From the human T2T-CHM13v2.0 reference genome, Homo sapiens: a stretch of DNA of 64,000 bases. The stretch is taken from assembly GCF_009914755.1 (NCBI RefSeq), contig NC_060937.1. One strand, given 5' to 3'. The notes under the pieces were generated by a model, which saw only the letters and a program-made list of their open reading frames with translations, was not told the origin of the DNA and ran no database searches. Shown here in pieces: positions 16,001 to 34,000 of the stretch. The position numbers and the translations under genes were made by a program. Position 1 is the first letter of the stretch; the number at the start of each line of letters is the position of its first letter.

Positions 16001-19000
16001 AATATAGATTATATACTGTACATAAAATACCAAAGTACCCCAAATATATATTTTATACTGTACATGAAATATCAAAGTTCACACACTATATATTATATAC
16101 TGTACATAAAATATCAAAGTACCCAAGGTAAATATTCTATACTGTACAAAAAATATCAAAGTACCCAAAGCATGTATTATATATTGTACATAAAATATGA
16201 AAGTACACCAGATATATATTCTATAGTGTACAAAATATCAAAGTACCCAAACAATACATTATATACTGTACATAAAATATGAAATTACATCAAATATATA
16301 TTATATTAGGTACATAAAATATGAAAGTACATCAAATATAGATTATATACTGTACATAAAATATCAAATTACCCCAAATATATATTATATACTCTACATG
16401 AAATATCAAAGTTCACAAACTATATATTATATACTGTACATAAAATATCAAAGTACCCAAGGTATATATTCTATACTGTACAAAAAATATCAAAGTATCC
16501 AAAGCATGTATTATATACTGTATATAAAATATGAAAGTACATTAAATATATATTTTATTCTGTACATAAAATATCAAAGTACACCAGATATATATTCTAT
16601 AGTGTACATAAAATAACAAAGTACGCAAACTATAAATTATATACTGTACATAAAATATGAAATTACATCAAATATATATTAGGTACATAAAATATGAAAG
16701 TACATCAAATATAGATTATATTCTGTACATATAATATCAATGTACCCCAAATATATATTTTATACTCTACATGAAATATCAAAGTTCACAAACCATACAT
16801 TATATACTGTACATAAAATATCAAAGTACCCAAGGTATATATTCTATACTGTACAAAAAATATCAAAGTACCCAAAGCATGTATTATATACTGTACATAA
16901 AATATGAAAGTACATCAAATAGATATTTTATTCTGTACATAAAATATCAAAGTACCCAAGGTATATATTCTATACTGTACAAAAAATATCAAAGTACCCA
17001 AAGCATGTATTATATACTGTATATAAAATATGAAAGTACATTAAATATATATTTTATTCTGTACATAAAATATCAAAGTACACCAGATATATATTCTATA
17101 GTGTACATAAAATAACAAAGTACGCAAACTATACATTATATACTGTACATAAAATATGAAATTACATCAAATATATATTAGGTACATAAAATATGAAAGT
17201 ACATCAAATATAGATTATATACTGTACATATAATATCAATGTACCCCAAATATATATTTTATACTCTACATGAAATATCAAAGTTCACAAACCATACATT
17301 ATATACTGTACATAAAATATCAAAGTACCCAAGGTATATATTCTATACTGTACAAAAAATATCAAAGTACCCAAAGCATGTTTTATATACTGTACATAAA
17401 ATATGAAAGTACATCAAATATATATTTTATTCTGTACATAAAATATCAAAGTACACCAGATATATATTCTATAGTGTACATAAAATAACAAAGTACACAA
17501 ACTATACATTATATACTGTACATAAAATATGAAATTACATCAAATATATATTAGGTAAATAAAATATGAAAGTACATCAAATATAGATTATATACTGTAC
17601 ATAAAATATCAATGTACCCCAAATATATATTTTATACTCTACATGAAATATCAAAGTTCACAAACCATATATTATATAATGTACATAAAATATCAAAGTA
17701 CCCAAGGTATATATTCTATACTGTACAAAAAATATCAAATTACCCAAAGCATTTATTATATACTGTACATAAAATATGAAAGTACATCAAATATATATTT
17801 TATTCTGTACATAAAATATCAAAGTACACCAGATATATATTCTATAGTGTACATAAAATATCAAAGTACCCAAACTATACATTATACACTGTACATAAAA
17901 TATGAAATTACATCAAATATATATTATATTAGGTACATAAAATATGAAAGTACATCAAATATAGATTATATACTGTACATAAAATACCAAAGTACCCCAA
18001 ATATATATTTTATACTGTACATGAAATATCAAAGTTCACACACTATATATTATATACTGTACATAAAATATCAAAGTACCCAAGGTAAATATTCTATACT
18101 GTACAAAAAATATCAAAGTACCCAAAGCATGTATTATATATTGTACATAAAATATGAAAGTACACCAGATATATATTCTATAGTGTACAAAATATCAAAG
18201 TACCCAAACAATACATTATATACTGTACATAAAATATGAAATTACATCAAATATATATTATATTAGGTACATAAAATATGAAAGTACATCAAATATAGAT
18301 TATATACTGTACATAAAATATCAAATTACCCCAAATATATATTATATACTCTACATGAAATATCAAAGTTCACAAACTATATATTATATACTGTACATAA
18401 AATATCAAAGTACCCAAGGTATATATTCTATACTGTACAAAAAATATCAAAGTATCCAAAGCATGTATTATATACTGTATATAAAATATGAAAGTACATT
18501 AAATATATATTTTATTCTGTACATAAAATATCAAAGTACACCAGATATATATTCTATAGTGTACATAAAATAACAAAGTACGCAAACTATAAATTATATA
18601 CTGTACATAAAATATGAAATTACATCAAATATATATTAGGTACATAAAATATGAAAGTACATCAAATATAGATTATATTCTGTACATATAATATCAATGT
18701 ACCCCAAATATATATTTTATACTCTACATGAAATATCAAAGTTCACAAACCATACATTATATACTGTACATAAAATATCAATGTACCCAAGGTATATATT
18801 CTATACTGTACAAAAAATATCAAAGTACCCAAAGCATGTATTATATACTGTACATAAAATATGAAAGTACATCAAATAGATATTTTATTCTGTACATAAA
18901 ATATCAAAGTACACCAGATATATATTCTATAGTGTACATAAAATATCAAAGTACCCAAACTATTTATTATATACTGTACATAAAATATGAAATTACATCA

Positions 19001-22000
19001 AATATATATTATATTAGGTACATAAAATATGAAAGTACATCAAATATAGATTATATACTGTACATGAAATACCAAAGTACCCCTAATATATATTTTATAC
19101 GGTACATGAAATATCAAAGTTCACAAACTATATATTATATACTGTATATAAAATATCAAAGTACCCAAGGTATATATTCTATACTGTACAAAAAATATCA
19201 TAGTACCCAAAGCATGTATTATATACTGTACATAAATTATGAAAGTACATCAAATATATATTTTATTCTGTACATAAAATATCAAAGTACACCAGATATA
19301 TATTCTATAGTGTACATAAAATATCAAAGTACCCAAACTATACATTATATACTGTACATAAAATATGAAATTACATCAAATTTATATTAGGTACATAAAA
19401 TATGAAAGTACATCAAATATAGATTATATACTGTACATAAAATATCAAAGTACCCCAAATATATATTATATACTATACATGAAATATAAAAGTTCACAAA
19501 CTATATATTATATACTGTACATAAAATATCCAAGTACCCAAGTTATATATTCTATACTGTACAAAAAATATCAACGTACCCAAAGCATGTATTATATACT
19601 CTATATAAAATATGAAAGTACATCACATATATATTTTATTCTGTACATAAAATATCAAAGTACACCAGATATATATTCTATAGTGTACATAAAATAACAA
19701 AGTACAAAAACTATAAATTATATGCTGTACATAAAATATGAAATTACATCAAATATATATTAGGTACATAAAATATGAAAGTACATCAAATATAGATTAT
19801 ATACTGTACATAAAATATCAATGTACCCCAAATATATATTTTATACTCTACATGAAATATCAAAGTTCACAAACCATATATTATATACTGTACATAAAAT
19901 ATCAAAGTACCCAAGGCATATATTCTATACTGTACAAAAAATATCAAAGTACCCAAAGCATGTATTATATACTGTACATAAAATATGAAAGTACATCAAA
20001 TATATATTTTATTCTGTACATAAAATATCAAAGTACACCAGATATATATTCTATAGTGTACATAAAATATCAAAGTACCCAAACAATACATTATATACTG
20101 TACATAAAATATGAAATTACATCAAATATATATTATATTAGGTACATAAAATATGAAAGCACATCAAATATAGATTATATACTGTATATTAAATACCAAA
20201 GTACCCCAAATATATATTTTATACTGTACATCAAATATCAAAGTTCACAAACTATATATTATATACTGTACATAAAATATCAAAGTACCCATGGTATATA
20301 TTCTACACTGTACAAAAAATATCAAAGTACCCAAAGCATGTATTATATACTGTATATAAAATATGAAAGTACATCACATATATATTTTATTCTGTACATA
20401 AAATATCAAAGTACACCAGATATATATTCTATAGTGTACATAAAATAACAAAGTACAAAAACTATAAATTATATGCTGTACATAAAATATGAAATTACCT
20501 CAAATATATATTAGGTACATAAAATATGAAAGTACATCAAATATAGATTATATACTGTACATAAAATATCAATGTACCCCAAATATATATTTTATACTCT
20601 ACATGAAATATCAAAGTTCACAAACCATATATTATATACTGTACATAAAATATCAAAGTACCCAAGGTATATATTCTATACTGTACAAAAAATATCAAAG
20701 TACCCAAAGCATGTATTATATACTGTACATAAAATATGAAACTACATCAAATATATATTTTATTCTGTACATAAAATATCAAAGTACACCAGATATATAT
20801 TCTATAGTGTACATAAAATATCAACGTACCCAAACTATACTTTATATACTGTACATAAAATATGAAATTACATCAAATATATATTATATTAGGTACATAA
20901 AATATGAAAGCACATCAAATATAGATTATATACTGTACTTTAAATACCAAAATACCCCAAATATATATTTTATACTGTACATCAAATATCAAAGTTCACA
21001 AACTATATATTATATACTGTACATAAAATATCAAAGTACCCATGGTATATATTCTATACTGTACAAAAAATATCAAAGTACCCAAAGCATGTATTATATA
21101 CTGTAAATAAAATATGAAAGTACATCAAATATATATTTTATTCTGTACATAAAATATCAAAGTACACGAGATATATATTCTATAGTGTACATAAAATATA
21201 AAAGTACCCAAACTATACATTATATACTGTACATAAAATATGAAATTACATCAAATATATATTAGGTACATAAAATATGAAAGTACATCAAATATAGATT
21301 ATATACTGTACATAAAATATCAAAGTACCCCAAATATATATTATATACTCTACATGAAATATCAAAGTTCACAACTATATATTATATACTGTACATAAAA
21401 TATCAAACTACCCAAGGTATATATTCTATACTGTACAAAAAATATCAAAGTACCCAAAGCATGTATTATATACTGTATATAAAATATGAAAGTACATTAA
21501 ATATATATTTTATTCTGTACATAAAATATCAAAGTACACCAGATATATATTCTATAGTGTACATAAAATAACAAAGTACACAAACTATAAATTATATACT
21601 GTACATAAAATATGAAATTACATCAAATATATATTAGGTACATAAAATATGAAAGTACATCAAATATAGATTATATACTGTACATATAATATCAATGTAC
21701 CCCAAATATATATTTTATACTCTAGATGAAATATCAAAGTTCACAAACCATACATTATATACTGCACATAAAATATCAAAGTACCCAAGGTATATATTCT
21801 ATACTGTACAAAAAATATCAAAGTACCCAAAGCATGTATTTTATACTGTACATAAAATATGAAAGTACATCAAATATATATTTTATTCTGTACATAAAAT
21901 ATCAAAGTACACCAGATATATATTCTATAGTGTACATAAAATATCAAAGTACCCAAACTATACATTATATACTGTACATAAAATATGAAATTACATCAAA

Positions 22001-25000
22001 TATATATTAGGTACATAAAATATGAAAGTACATCAAATATAGATTATATACTGTACATAAAATATCAATGTACCCCAAATATATATTTTATACTCTACAT
22101 GAAATATCAAAGTTCACAAACCATATATTATATAATGTACATAAAATATCAAAGTACCCAAGGTATATATTCTATACTGTACAAAAAATATCAAATTACC
22201 CAAAGCATTTATTATATACTGTACATAAAATATGAAAGTACATCAAATATATATTTTATTCTGTACATAAAATATCAAAGTACACCAGATATATATTCTA
22301 TAGTGTACATAAAATATCAAAGTACCCAAACTATACATTATACACTGTACATAAAATATGAAATTACATCAAATATATATTATATTAGGTACATAAAATA
22401 TGAAAGTACATCAAATATAGATTATATACTGTACATAAAATACCAAAGTACCCCAAATATATATTTTATACTGTACATGAAATATCAAAGTTCACACACT
22501 ATATATTATATACTGTACATAAATTATCAAAGTACCCAAGGTATATATTCTATACTGTACAAAAAATATCAAAGTACCCAAAGCATGTATTATATACTGT
22601 ATATAAAATATGAAAGTACATCAAATATATATTTTATTCTGTACATAAAATATCAAAGTACACCAGATATATATTCTATAGTGTACATAAAATATCAAAG
22701 TACCCAAACTATACATTATATACTGTACATAAAATATGAAATTACATCAAATATATATTATATTAGGTACATAAAATATGAAAGTACATCAAATATAGAT
22801 TATACACTGTACATAAAATATCAAAGTACCCCAAATATATATTATATACTGTACATGAAATATCAAAGTTCACAAACTATATATTATATACTGTACATAA
22901 AATATCAAAGTACCCAAGGTATATATTCTATAGTGTACAAAAAATATGAAAGTACCCAAAGCATGTATTATATACTGTATATAAAATATGAAAGTACATT
23001 AAATATATATTTTATTCTGTACATAAAATATCAAAGTACACCAGATATATATTCTATAGTGTACATAAAATAGCAAAGTACGCAAACTATAAATTATATA
23101 CTGTACATAAAATATGAAATTACATCAAATATATATTAGGTACATAAAATATGAAAGTACATCAAATATAGATTATATACTGTACATAAAATATCAATGT
23201 ACCCCAAGTATATATTTTATACTCTACATGAAATATCAAAGTTCACAAACCATATATTATATACTGTACATAAAATATCAAAGTACCCAAGGTATATATT
23301 CTATACTGTACAAAAAATATCAAAGTACCCAAAGCATGTATTATATACTGTACATAAAATATGAAAGTACATCAAATAAATATTTTATTCTGTACATAAA
23401 ATATCAAAGTACACCAGATAAATATTCTATAGTGTACATAAAATATCAAAATACCCAAACTATTGATTATATACTGTACATAAAATATGAAATTACATCA
23501 AATATATATTATATTAGGTACATAAAATATGAAAGTACATCAAATATAGATTATATACTGTACATGAAATACCAAAGTACCCCAAATATATATTTTATAC
23601 GGTAAATGAAATATCAAAGTTCACAAACTATATATTATATACTGTATATAAAATATCAAAGTACCCAAGGTATATATTCTATACTGTACAAAAAATATCA
23701 AAGTACCCAAAGCATGTATTATATACTGTACATAAAATATGAAAGTACATCAAATATATATTTTATTCTGTACATAAAATATCAAAGTATACCAGATATA
23801 TATTCTATAGTGTACATAAAATAACAAAGTACACAAACTATAAATTATATACTGTACATAAAATATGAAATTACATCAAATATATATTAGGTACATAAAA
23901 TATGAAAGTACATCAAATATAGATTATATACTGTACATATAATATCAAAGTACCCCAAATATATATTTTATACTCTACATGAAATATCAAAGTTCACAAA
24001 CTATACATTATATACTGTACATAAAATATCAAAGTACCCAAGGTATATAATCTATACTGTACAAAAAATATCAAAGTACCCAAAGCATATATTATATACT
24101 GTACATAAAATATGAAAGTACATCAAATATATATTTTATTCTGTACATATAATATCAAAGTACACCAGATATATATTCTATAGTGTACATAAAATATCAA
24201 AGTACCCAAACTATACATTATATACTGTACATAAAATATGAAATTACATCAAATATATATTAGGTACATAAAATATGAAAGTACATCAAATATAGATTAT
24301 ATACTGTACATAAAATATCAATGTACCCCAAATATATATTTTATACTGTACATGAAATATCAAAGTTCACAAACCATATATTATATAATGTACATAAAAT
24401 ATCAAAGTACCCAAGGTATATATTCTATACTGTACAAAAAATATCAAATTACCCAAAGCATGTATTTTATACTGTACATAAAATATGAAAGTACATCAAA
24501 TATATATTTTATTCTGTACATAAAATATCAAAGTACACCAGACATATATTCTATAGTGTACATAAAATATCAAAGTACCCAAACTATACATTATACACTG
24601 TACAGAAAATATGAAATTACATCAAATATATATTATATTAGGTACATAAAATATGAAAGTACATCAAATATAGATTATATACTGTACATAAAATACCAAA
24701 GTACCCCAAATATATATTTTATACAGTACATGAAATATCAAAGTTCACACACTATATATTATATACTGTACATAAAATATCAAAGTACCCAAGGTATATA
24801 TTCTATACTGTACAAAAAATATCAAAGTACCCAAAGCATGTATTAAATACTGTACATAAAATATGAAAGTACATCAAATATATATTTTATTCTGTACATA
24901 AAATATCAAAGTACACCAGATATATATTCTATAGTGTACATAAAATATCAAAGTACCCAAAATATACATTATAAACTGTACATAAAATATGAAATTACAT

Positions 25001-28000
25001 CAAATATATATTATATTAGGAACATAAAATAGGAAAGTACATCAAATATAGATTCTATACTGTACATAAAATATCAAAGAACCCCAAATATATATTATAT
25101 ACTCTACATGAAATATCAAAGTTCACAAACTATATATTATATACTGTACATAAAATATCAAAGTACCCAAGGTGTATATTCTATACTCTACAAAAAATAT
25201 CAAAGTACCCAAACTATACATTATATACTGTATATAAAATATGAAATTATATCAAATATATATTATATTAGGTACATAAAATATGAAAGTACATCAAATA
25301 TAGATTATATACTGTACATAAAATATCAAAGTACCCAAACTATACATTATATACTGTACAAAAAATATGAAATTACATCAAATATATATTAGGTAAATAA
25401 AATATGAAAGTACATCAAATATAGATTATATACTGTACATAAAATATCAATTTACCCCAAATATATATTATATACTCTACATGAAATATCAAAGTTCACA
25501 AACTATATATTATATACTGTACATAAAATATCAAAGTACCCAAGGTATATATTCTATACTGTACAAAAAATATCAAAGTATCCAAAGCATGTATTATATA
25601 CTGTATATAAAATATGAAAGTACATTAAATATATATTTTATTCTGTACATAAAATATCAAAGTACACCAGATATATATTCTATAGTGTACATAAAATAAC
25701 AAAGTACGCAAACTATAAATTATATACTGTACATAAAATATGAAATTACATCAAATATATATTAGGTACATAAAATATGAAAGTACATCAAATATAGATT
25801 ATATTCTGTACATATAATATCAATGTACCCCAAATATATATTTTATACTCTACATGAAATATCAAAGTTCACAAACCATACATTATATACTGTACATAAA
25901 ATATCAAAGTACCCAAGGTATATATTCTATACTGTACAAAAAATATCAAAGTACCCAAAGCATGTATTATATACTGTACATAAAATATGAAAGTACATCA
26001 AATAGATATTTTATTCTGTACATAAAATATCAAAGTACACCAGATATATATTCTATAGTGTACATAAAATATCAAAGTATCCAAACTATACATTATATAC
26101 TGTACATAAAATATGAAATTACATCAAATATATATTAGGTACATAAAATATGAAAGTACATCAAATATAGATTATATACTGTACATAAAATATCAAAGTA
26201 CCCCAAATATATATTATATACTCTACATGAAATATCAAAGTTCACAACTATATATTATATACTGTACATAAAATATCAAAGTACCCAAGGTATATATTCT
26301 ATACTGTACAAAAAATATCAAAGTACCCAAAGCATGTATTATATACTGTATATAAAATATGAAAGTACATTAAATATATATTTTATTCTGTACATAAAAT
26401 ATCAAAGTACACCAGATATATATTCTATAGTGTACATAAAATAACAAAGTACGCAAACTATACATTATATACTGTACATAAAATATGAAATTACATCAAA
26501 TATATATTAGGTACATAAAATATGAAAGTACATCAAATATAGATTATATACTGTACATATAATATCAATGTACCCCAAATATATATTTTATACTCTACAT
26601 GAAATATCAAAGTTCACAAACCATACATTATATACTGTACATAAAATATCAAAGTACCCAAGGTATATATTCTATACTGTACAAAAAATATCAAAGTACC
26701 CAAAGCATGTTTTATATACTGTACATAAAATATGAAAGTACATCAAATATATATTTTATTCTGTACATAAAATATCAAAGTACACCAGATATATATTCTA
26801 TAGTGTACATAAAATAACAAAGTACACAAACTATACATTATATACTGTACATAAAATATGAAATTACATCAAATATATATTAGGTAAATAAAATATGAAA
26901 GTACATCAAATATAGATTATATACTGTACATAAAATATCAATGTACCCCAAATATATATTTTATACTCTACATGAAATATCAAAGTTCACAAACCATATA
27001 TTATATAATGTACATAAAATATCAAAGTACCCAAGGTATATATTCTATACTGTACAAAAAATATCAAATTACCCAAAGCATTTATTATATACTGTACATA
27101 AAATATGAAAGTACATCAAATATATATTTTATTCTGTACATAAAATATCAAAGTACACCAGATATATATTCTATAGTGTACATAAAATATCAAAGTACCC
27201 AAACTATACATTATACACTGTACATAAAATATGAAATTACATCAAATATATATTATATTAGGTACATAAAATATGAAAGTACATCAAATATAGATTATAT
27301 ACTGTACATAAAATACCAAAGTACCCCAAATATATATTTTATACTGTACATGAAATATCAAAGTTCACACACTATATATTATATACTGTACATAAAATAT
27401 CAAAGTACCCAAGGTAAATATTCTATACTGTACAAAAAATATCAAAGTACCCAAAGCATGTATTATATATTGTACATAAAATATGAAAGTACACCAGATA
27501 TATATTCTATAGTGTACAAAATATCAAAGTACCCAAACAATACATTATATACTGTACATAAAATATGAAATTACATCAAATATATATTATATTAGGTACA
27601 TAAAATATGAAAGTACATCAAATATAGATTATATACTGTACATAAAATATCAAATTACCCCAAATATATATTATATACTCTACATGAAATATCAAAGTTC
27701 ACAAACTATATATTATATACTGTACATAAAATATCAAAGTACCCAAGGTATATATTCTATACTGTACAAAAAATATCAAAGTATCCAAAGCATGTATTAT
27801 ATACTGTATATAAAATATGAAAGTACATTAAATATATATTTTATTCTGTACATAAAATATCAAAGTACACCAGATATATATTCTATAGTGTACATAAAAT
27901 AACAAAGTACGCAAACTATAAATTATATACTGTACATAAAATATGAAATTACATCAAATATATATTAGGTACATAAAATATGAAAGTACATCAAATATAG

Positions 28001-31000
28001 ATTATATTCTGTACATATAATATCAATGTACCCCAAATATATATTTTATACTCTACATGAAATATCAAAGTTCACAAACCATACATTATATACTGTACAT
28101 AAAATATCAATGTACCCAAGGTATATATTCTATACTGTACAAAAAATATCAAAGTACCCAAAGCATGTATTATATACTGTACATAAAATATGAAAGTACA
28201 TCAAATAGATATTTTATTCTGTACATAAAATATCAAAGTACACCAGATATATATTTTATTCTGTACATAAAATATCAAAGTACACCAGATATATATTCTA
28301 TAGTGTACATAAAATATCAAAGTACCCAAACTATACATTATATACTGTACATAAAATATGAAATTACATCAAATATATATTATATTAGGTACATAAAATA
28401 TGAAAGTACATCAAATATAGATTATATACTGTACATAAAATATCAAAGTACCCCAAATATATATTATATACTCTACATGAAATATCAAAGTTCACAAACT
28501 ATATATTATATACTGTAAATAAAATATCAAAGTACCCAAGGTATATATTCTATGCTGTACAAAAAATATCAAAGTATCCAAAGCATGTATTATATACTGT
28601 ATATAAAATATGAAAGAACATTAAATATATATTTTATTCTGTACATAAAATATCAAAGTACACCAGATATATATTCTATAGTGTACATAAAATAACAAAT
28701 TACGCAAACTATAAATTATATACTGTACATAAAATATGAAATTACATCAAATATATATTAGGTACATAAAATATGAAAGTACATCAAATATAGATTATAT
28801 ACTGTACATAAAATATCAATGTACCCCAAATATATATTTTATACTCTACATGAAATATCAAAGTTCACAAACCATATATTATATACTGTACATAAAATAT
28901 CAAAGTACCCAAGGTATATATTCTATACTGTACAAAAAATATCAAAGTACCCAAAGCATGTATTATATACTGTACATAAAATATGAAAGTACATCAAATA
29001 TATATTTTATTCTGTACATAAAATATCAAAGTACACCAGATATATATTCTATAGTGTACATAAAATATCAAAGTACCCAAACTATTTATTATATACTGTA
29101 CATAAAATATGAAATTACATCAAATATATATTATATTAGGTACATAAAATATGAAAGTACATCAAATATAGATTATATACTGTACATGAAATACCAAAGT
29201 ACCCCTAATATATATTTTATACGGTACATGAAATATCAAAGTTCACAAACTATATATTATATACTGTATATAAAATATCAAAGTACCCAAGGTATATATT
29301 CTATACTGTACAAAAAATATCATAGTACCCAAAGCATGTATTATATACTGTACATAAATTATGAAAGTACATCAAATATATATTTTATTCTGTACATAAA
29401 ATATCAAAGTACACCAGATATATATTCTATAGTGTACATAAAATATCAAAGTACCCAAACTATACATTATATACTGTACATAAAATATGAAATTACATCA
29501 AATTTATATTAGGTACATAAAATATGAAAGTACATCAAATATAGATTATATACTGTACATAAAATATCAAAGTACCCCAAATATATATTATATACTATAC
29601 ATGAAATATAAAAGTTCACAAACTATATATTATATACTGTACATAAAATATCCAAGTACCCAAGTTATATATTCTATACTGTACAAAAAATATCAACGTA
29701 CCCAAAGCATGTATTATATACTCTATATAAAATATGAAAGTACATCACATATATATTTTATTCTGTACATAAAATATCAAAGTACACCAGATATATATTC
29801 TATAGTGTACATAAAATAACAAAGTACAAAAACTATAAATTATATGCTGTACATAAAATATGAAATTACATCAAATATATATTAGGTACATAAAATATGA
29901 AAGTACATCAAATATAGATTATATACTGTACATAAAATATCAATGTACCCCAAATATATATTTTATACTCTACATGAAATATCAAAGTTCACAAACCATA
30001 TATTATATACTGTACATAAAATATCAAAGTACCCAAGGCATATATTCTATACTGTACAAAAAATATCAAAGTACCCAAAGCATGTATTATATACTGTACA
30101 TAAAATATGAAAGTACATCAAATATATATTTTATTCTGTACATAAAATATCAAAGTACACCAGATATATATTCTATAGTGTACATAAAATATCAAAGTAC
30201 CCAAACTATACATTATATACTGTACATAAAATATGAAATTACATCAAATATATATTATATTAGGTTCATAAAATATGAAAGCACATCAAATATAGATTAT
30301 ATACTGTACATTAAATACCAAAGTACCCCAAATATATATTTTATACTGTACATCAAATATCAAAGTTCACAAACTATATATTATATACTGTACATAAAAT
30401 ATCAAAGTACCCATGGTATATATTCTACACTGTACAAAAAATATGAAAGTACCCAAAGCATGTGTTATATACTGTATATAAAATATGAAAGTACATCACA
30501 CATATATTTTATTCTGTACATAAAATATCAAAGTACACCAGATATATATTCTATAGTGAACATAAAATAACAAAGTACAAAAACTATAAATTATATGCTG
30601 TACATAAAATATGAAATTACATCAAATATATATTAGGTACATAAAATGTGAAAGTACATCAAATATAGATTATATAGTGTACATAAAATATCAATGTACC
30701 CCAAATATATATTTTATACTCTACATGAAATATCAAAGTTCACAAACCATACATTATATACTGCACATAAAATATCAAAGTACCCAAGGTATATATTCTA
30801 TACTGTACAAAAAATATCAAAGTACCCAAAGCATGTATTATATACTGTACATAAAATATGAAACTACATCAAATATATATTTTATTCTGTACATAAAATA
30901 TCAAAGTACACCAGATATATATTCTATAGTGTACATAAAATATCAACGTACCCAAACTATACATTATATACTGTACATAAAATATGAAATTACATCAAAT

Positions 31001-34000
31001 ATATATTATATTAGGTACATAAAATATGAAAGCACATCAAATATAGATTATATACTGTACTTTAAATACCAAAATACCCCAAATATATACTTTATACTGT
31101 ACATCAAATATCAAAGTTCACAAACTATATATTATATACTGTACATAAAATATCAAAGTACCCATGGTATATATTCTATACTGTACAAAAAATATCAAAG
31201 TACCCAAAGCATGTATTATATACTGTACATAAAATATGAAAGTACATCAAATATATATTTTATTCTGCACATAAAATATCAAAGTACACCAGATATATAT
31301 TCTATAGTGTACATAAAATAACAAAGTACAAAAACTATAAATTATATGCTGTACATAAAATATGAAATTACATCAAATATATATTAGGTACATAAAATAT
31401 GAAAGTACATCAAATATAGATTATATACTGTACATAAAATATCAATGTACCCCAAATATATATTTTATACTCTACATGAAATATCAAAGTTCACAAACCA
31501 TATATTATATACTGTACATAAAATATCAAAGTACCCAAGGTATATATTCTATACTGTACAAAAAATATCAAAGTACCCAAAGCATGTATTATATACTGTA
31601 CATAAAATATGAAAGTACATCAAATATATATTTTATTCTGTACATAAAATATCAAAGTACACCAGATATATATTCTATAGTGTACATAAAATATCAAAGT
31701 ACCCAAACTATACATTATATACTGTACATAAAATATGAAATTACATCAAATATATATTATATTAGGTACATAAAATATGAAAGCACATCAAATATAGATT
31801 ATATACTGTACATTAAATACCAAAGTACCCCAAATATATATTTTATACTGTACATCAAATATCAAAGTTCACAAACTATATATTATATACTGTACATAAA
31901 ATATCAAAGTACCCATGGTATATATTCTACACTGTACAAAAAATATCAAAGTACCCAAAGCATGTATTATATACTGTATATAAAATATGAAAGTACATCA
32001 CATATATATTTTATTCTGTACATAAAATATCAAAGTACACCAGATATATATTCTATAGTGTACATAAAATAACAAAGTACAAAAACTATAAATTATATGC
32101 TGTACATAAAATATGAAATTACCTCAAATATATATTAGGTACATAAAATATGAAAGTACATCAAATATAGATTATATACTGTACATAAAATATCAATGTA
32201 CCCCAAATATATATTTTATACTCTACATGAAATATCAAAGTTCACAAACCATATATTATATACTGTACATAAAATATCAAAGTACCCAAGGTATATATTC
32301 TATACTGTACAAAAAATATCAAAGTACCCAAAGCATGTATTATATACTGTACATAAAATATGAAACTACATCAAATATATATTTTATTCTGTACATAAAA
32401 TATCAAAGTACACCAGATATATATTCTATAGTGTACATAAAATATCAACGTACCCAAACTATACTTTATATACTGTACATAAAATATGAAATTACATCAA
32501 ATATATATTATATTAGGTACATAAAATATGAAAGCACATCCAATATAGATTATATACTGTACTTTAAATACCAAAATACCCCAAATATATATTTTATACT
32601 GTACATCAAATATCAAAGTTCACAAACTATATATTATATACTGTACATAAAATATCAAAGTACCCATGGTATATATTCTATACTGTACAAAAAATATCAA
32701 AGTACCCAAAGCATGTATTATATACTGTAAATAAAATATGAAAGTACATCAAATATATATTTTATTCTGTACATAAAATATCAAAGTACACCAGATATAT
32801 ATTCTATAGTGTACATAAAATATAAAAGTACCCAAACTATACATTATATACTGTACATAAAATATGAAATTACATCAAATATATATTAGGTACATAAAAT
32901 ATGAAAGTACATCAAATATAGATTATATACTGTACATAAAATATCAAAGTACCCCAAATATATATTATATACTCTACATGAAATATCAAAGTTCACAACT
33001 ATATATTATATACTGTACATAAAATATCAAACTACCCAAGGTATTTATTCTATACTGTACAAAAAATATCAAAGTACCCAAAGCATGTATTATATACTGT
33101 ATATAAAATATGAAAGTACATTAAATATATATTTTATTCTGTACATAAAATATCAAAGTACACCAGATATATATTCTATAGTGTACATAAAATAACAAAG
33201 TACACAAACTATAAATTATATACTGTACATAAAATATGAAATTACATCAAATATATATTAGGTACATAAAATATGAAAGTACATCAAATATAGATTATAT
33301 ACTGTACATATAATATCAATGTACCCCAAATATATATTTTATACTCTAGATGAAATATCAAAGTTCACAAACCATACATTATATACTGCACATAAAATAT
33401 CAAAGTACCCAAGGTATATATTCTATACTGTACAAAAAATATCAAAGTACCCAAAGCATGTATTTTATACTGTACATAAAATATGAAAGTACATCAAATA
33501 TATATTTTATTCTGTACATAAAATATCAAAGTACACCAGATATATATTCTATAGTGTACATAAAATATCAAAGTACCCAAACTATACATTATATACTGTA
33601 CATAAAATATGAAATTACATCAAATATATATTAGGTACATAAAATATGAAAGTACATCAAATATAGATTATATACTGTACATAAAATATCAATGTACCCC
33701 AAATATATATTTTATACTCTACATGAAATATCAAAGTTCACAAACCATATATTATATAATGTACATAAAATATCAAAGTACCCAAGGTATATATTCTATA
33801 CTGTACAAAAAATATCAAATTACCCAAAGCATTTATTATATACTGTACATAAAATATGAAAGTACATCAAATATATATTTTATTCTGTACATAAAATATC
33901 AAAGTACACCAGATATATATTCTATAGTGTACATAAAATATCAAAGTACCCAAACTATACATTATACACTGTACATAAAATATGAAATTACATCAAATAT

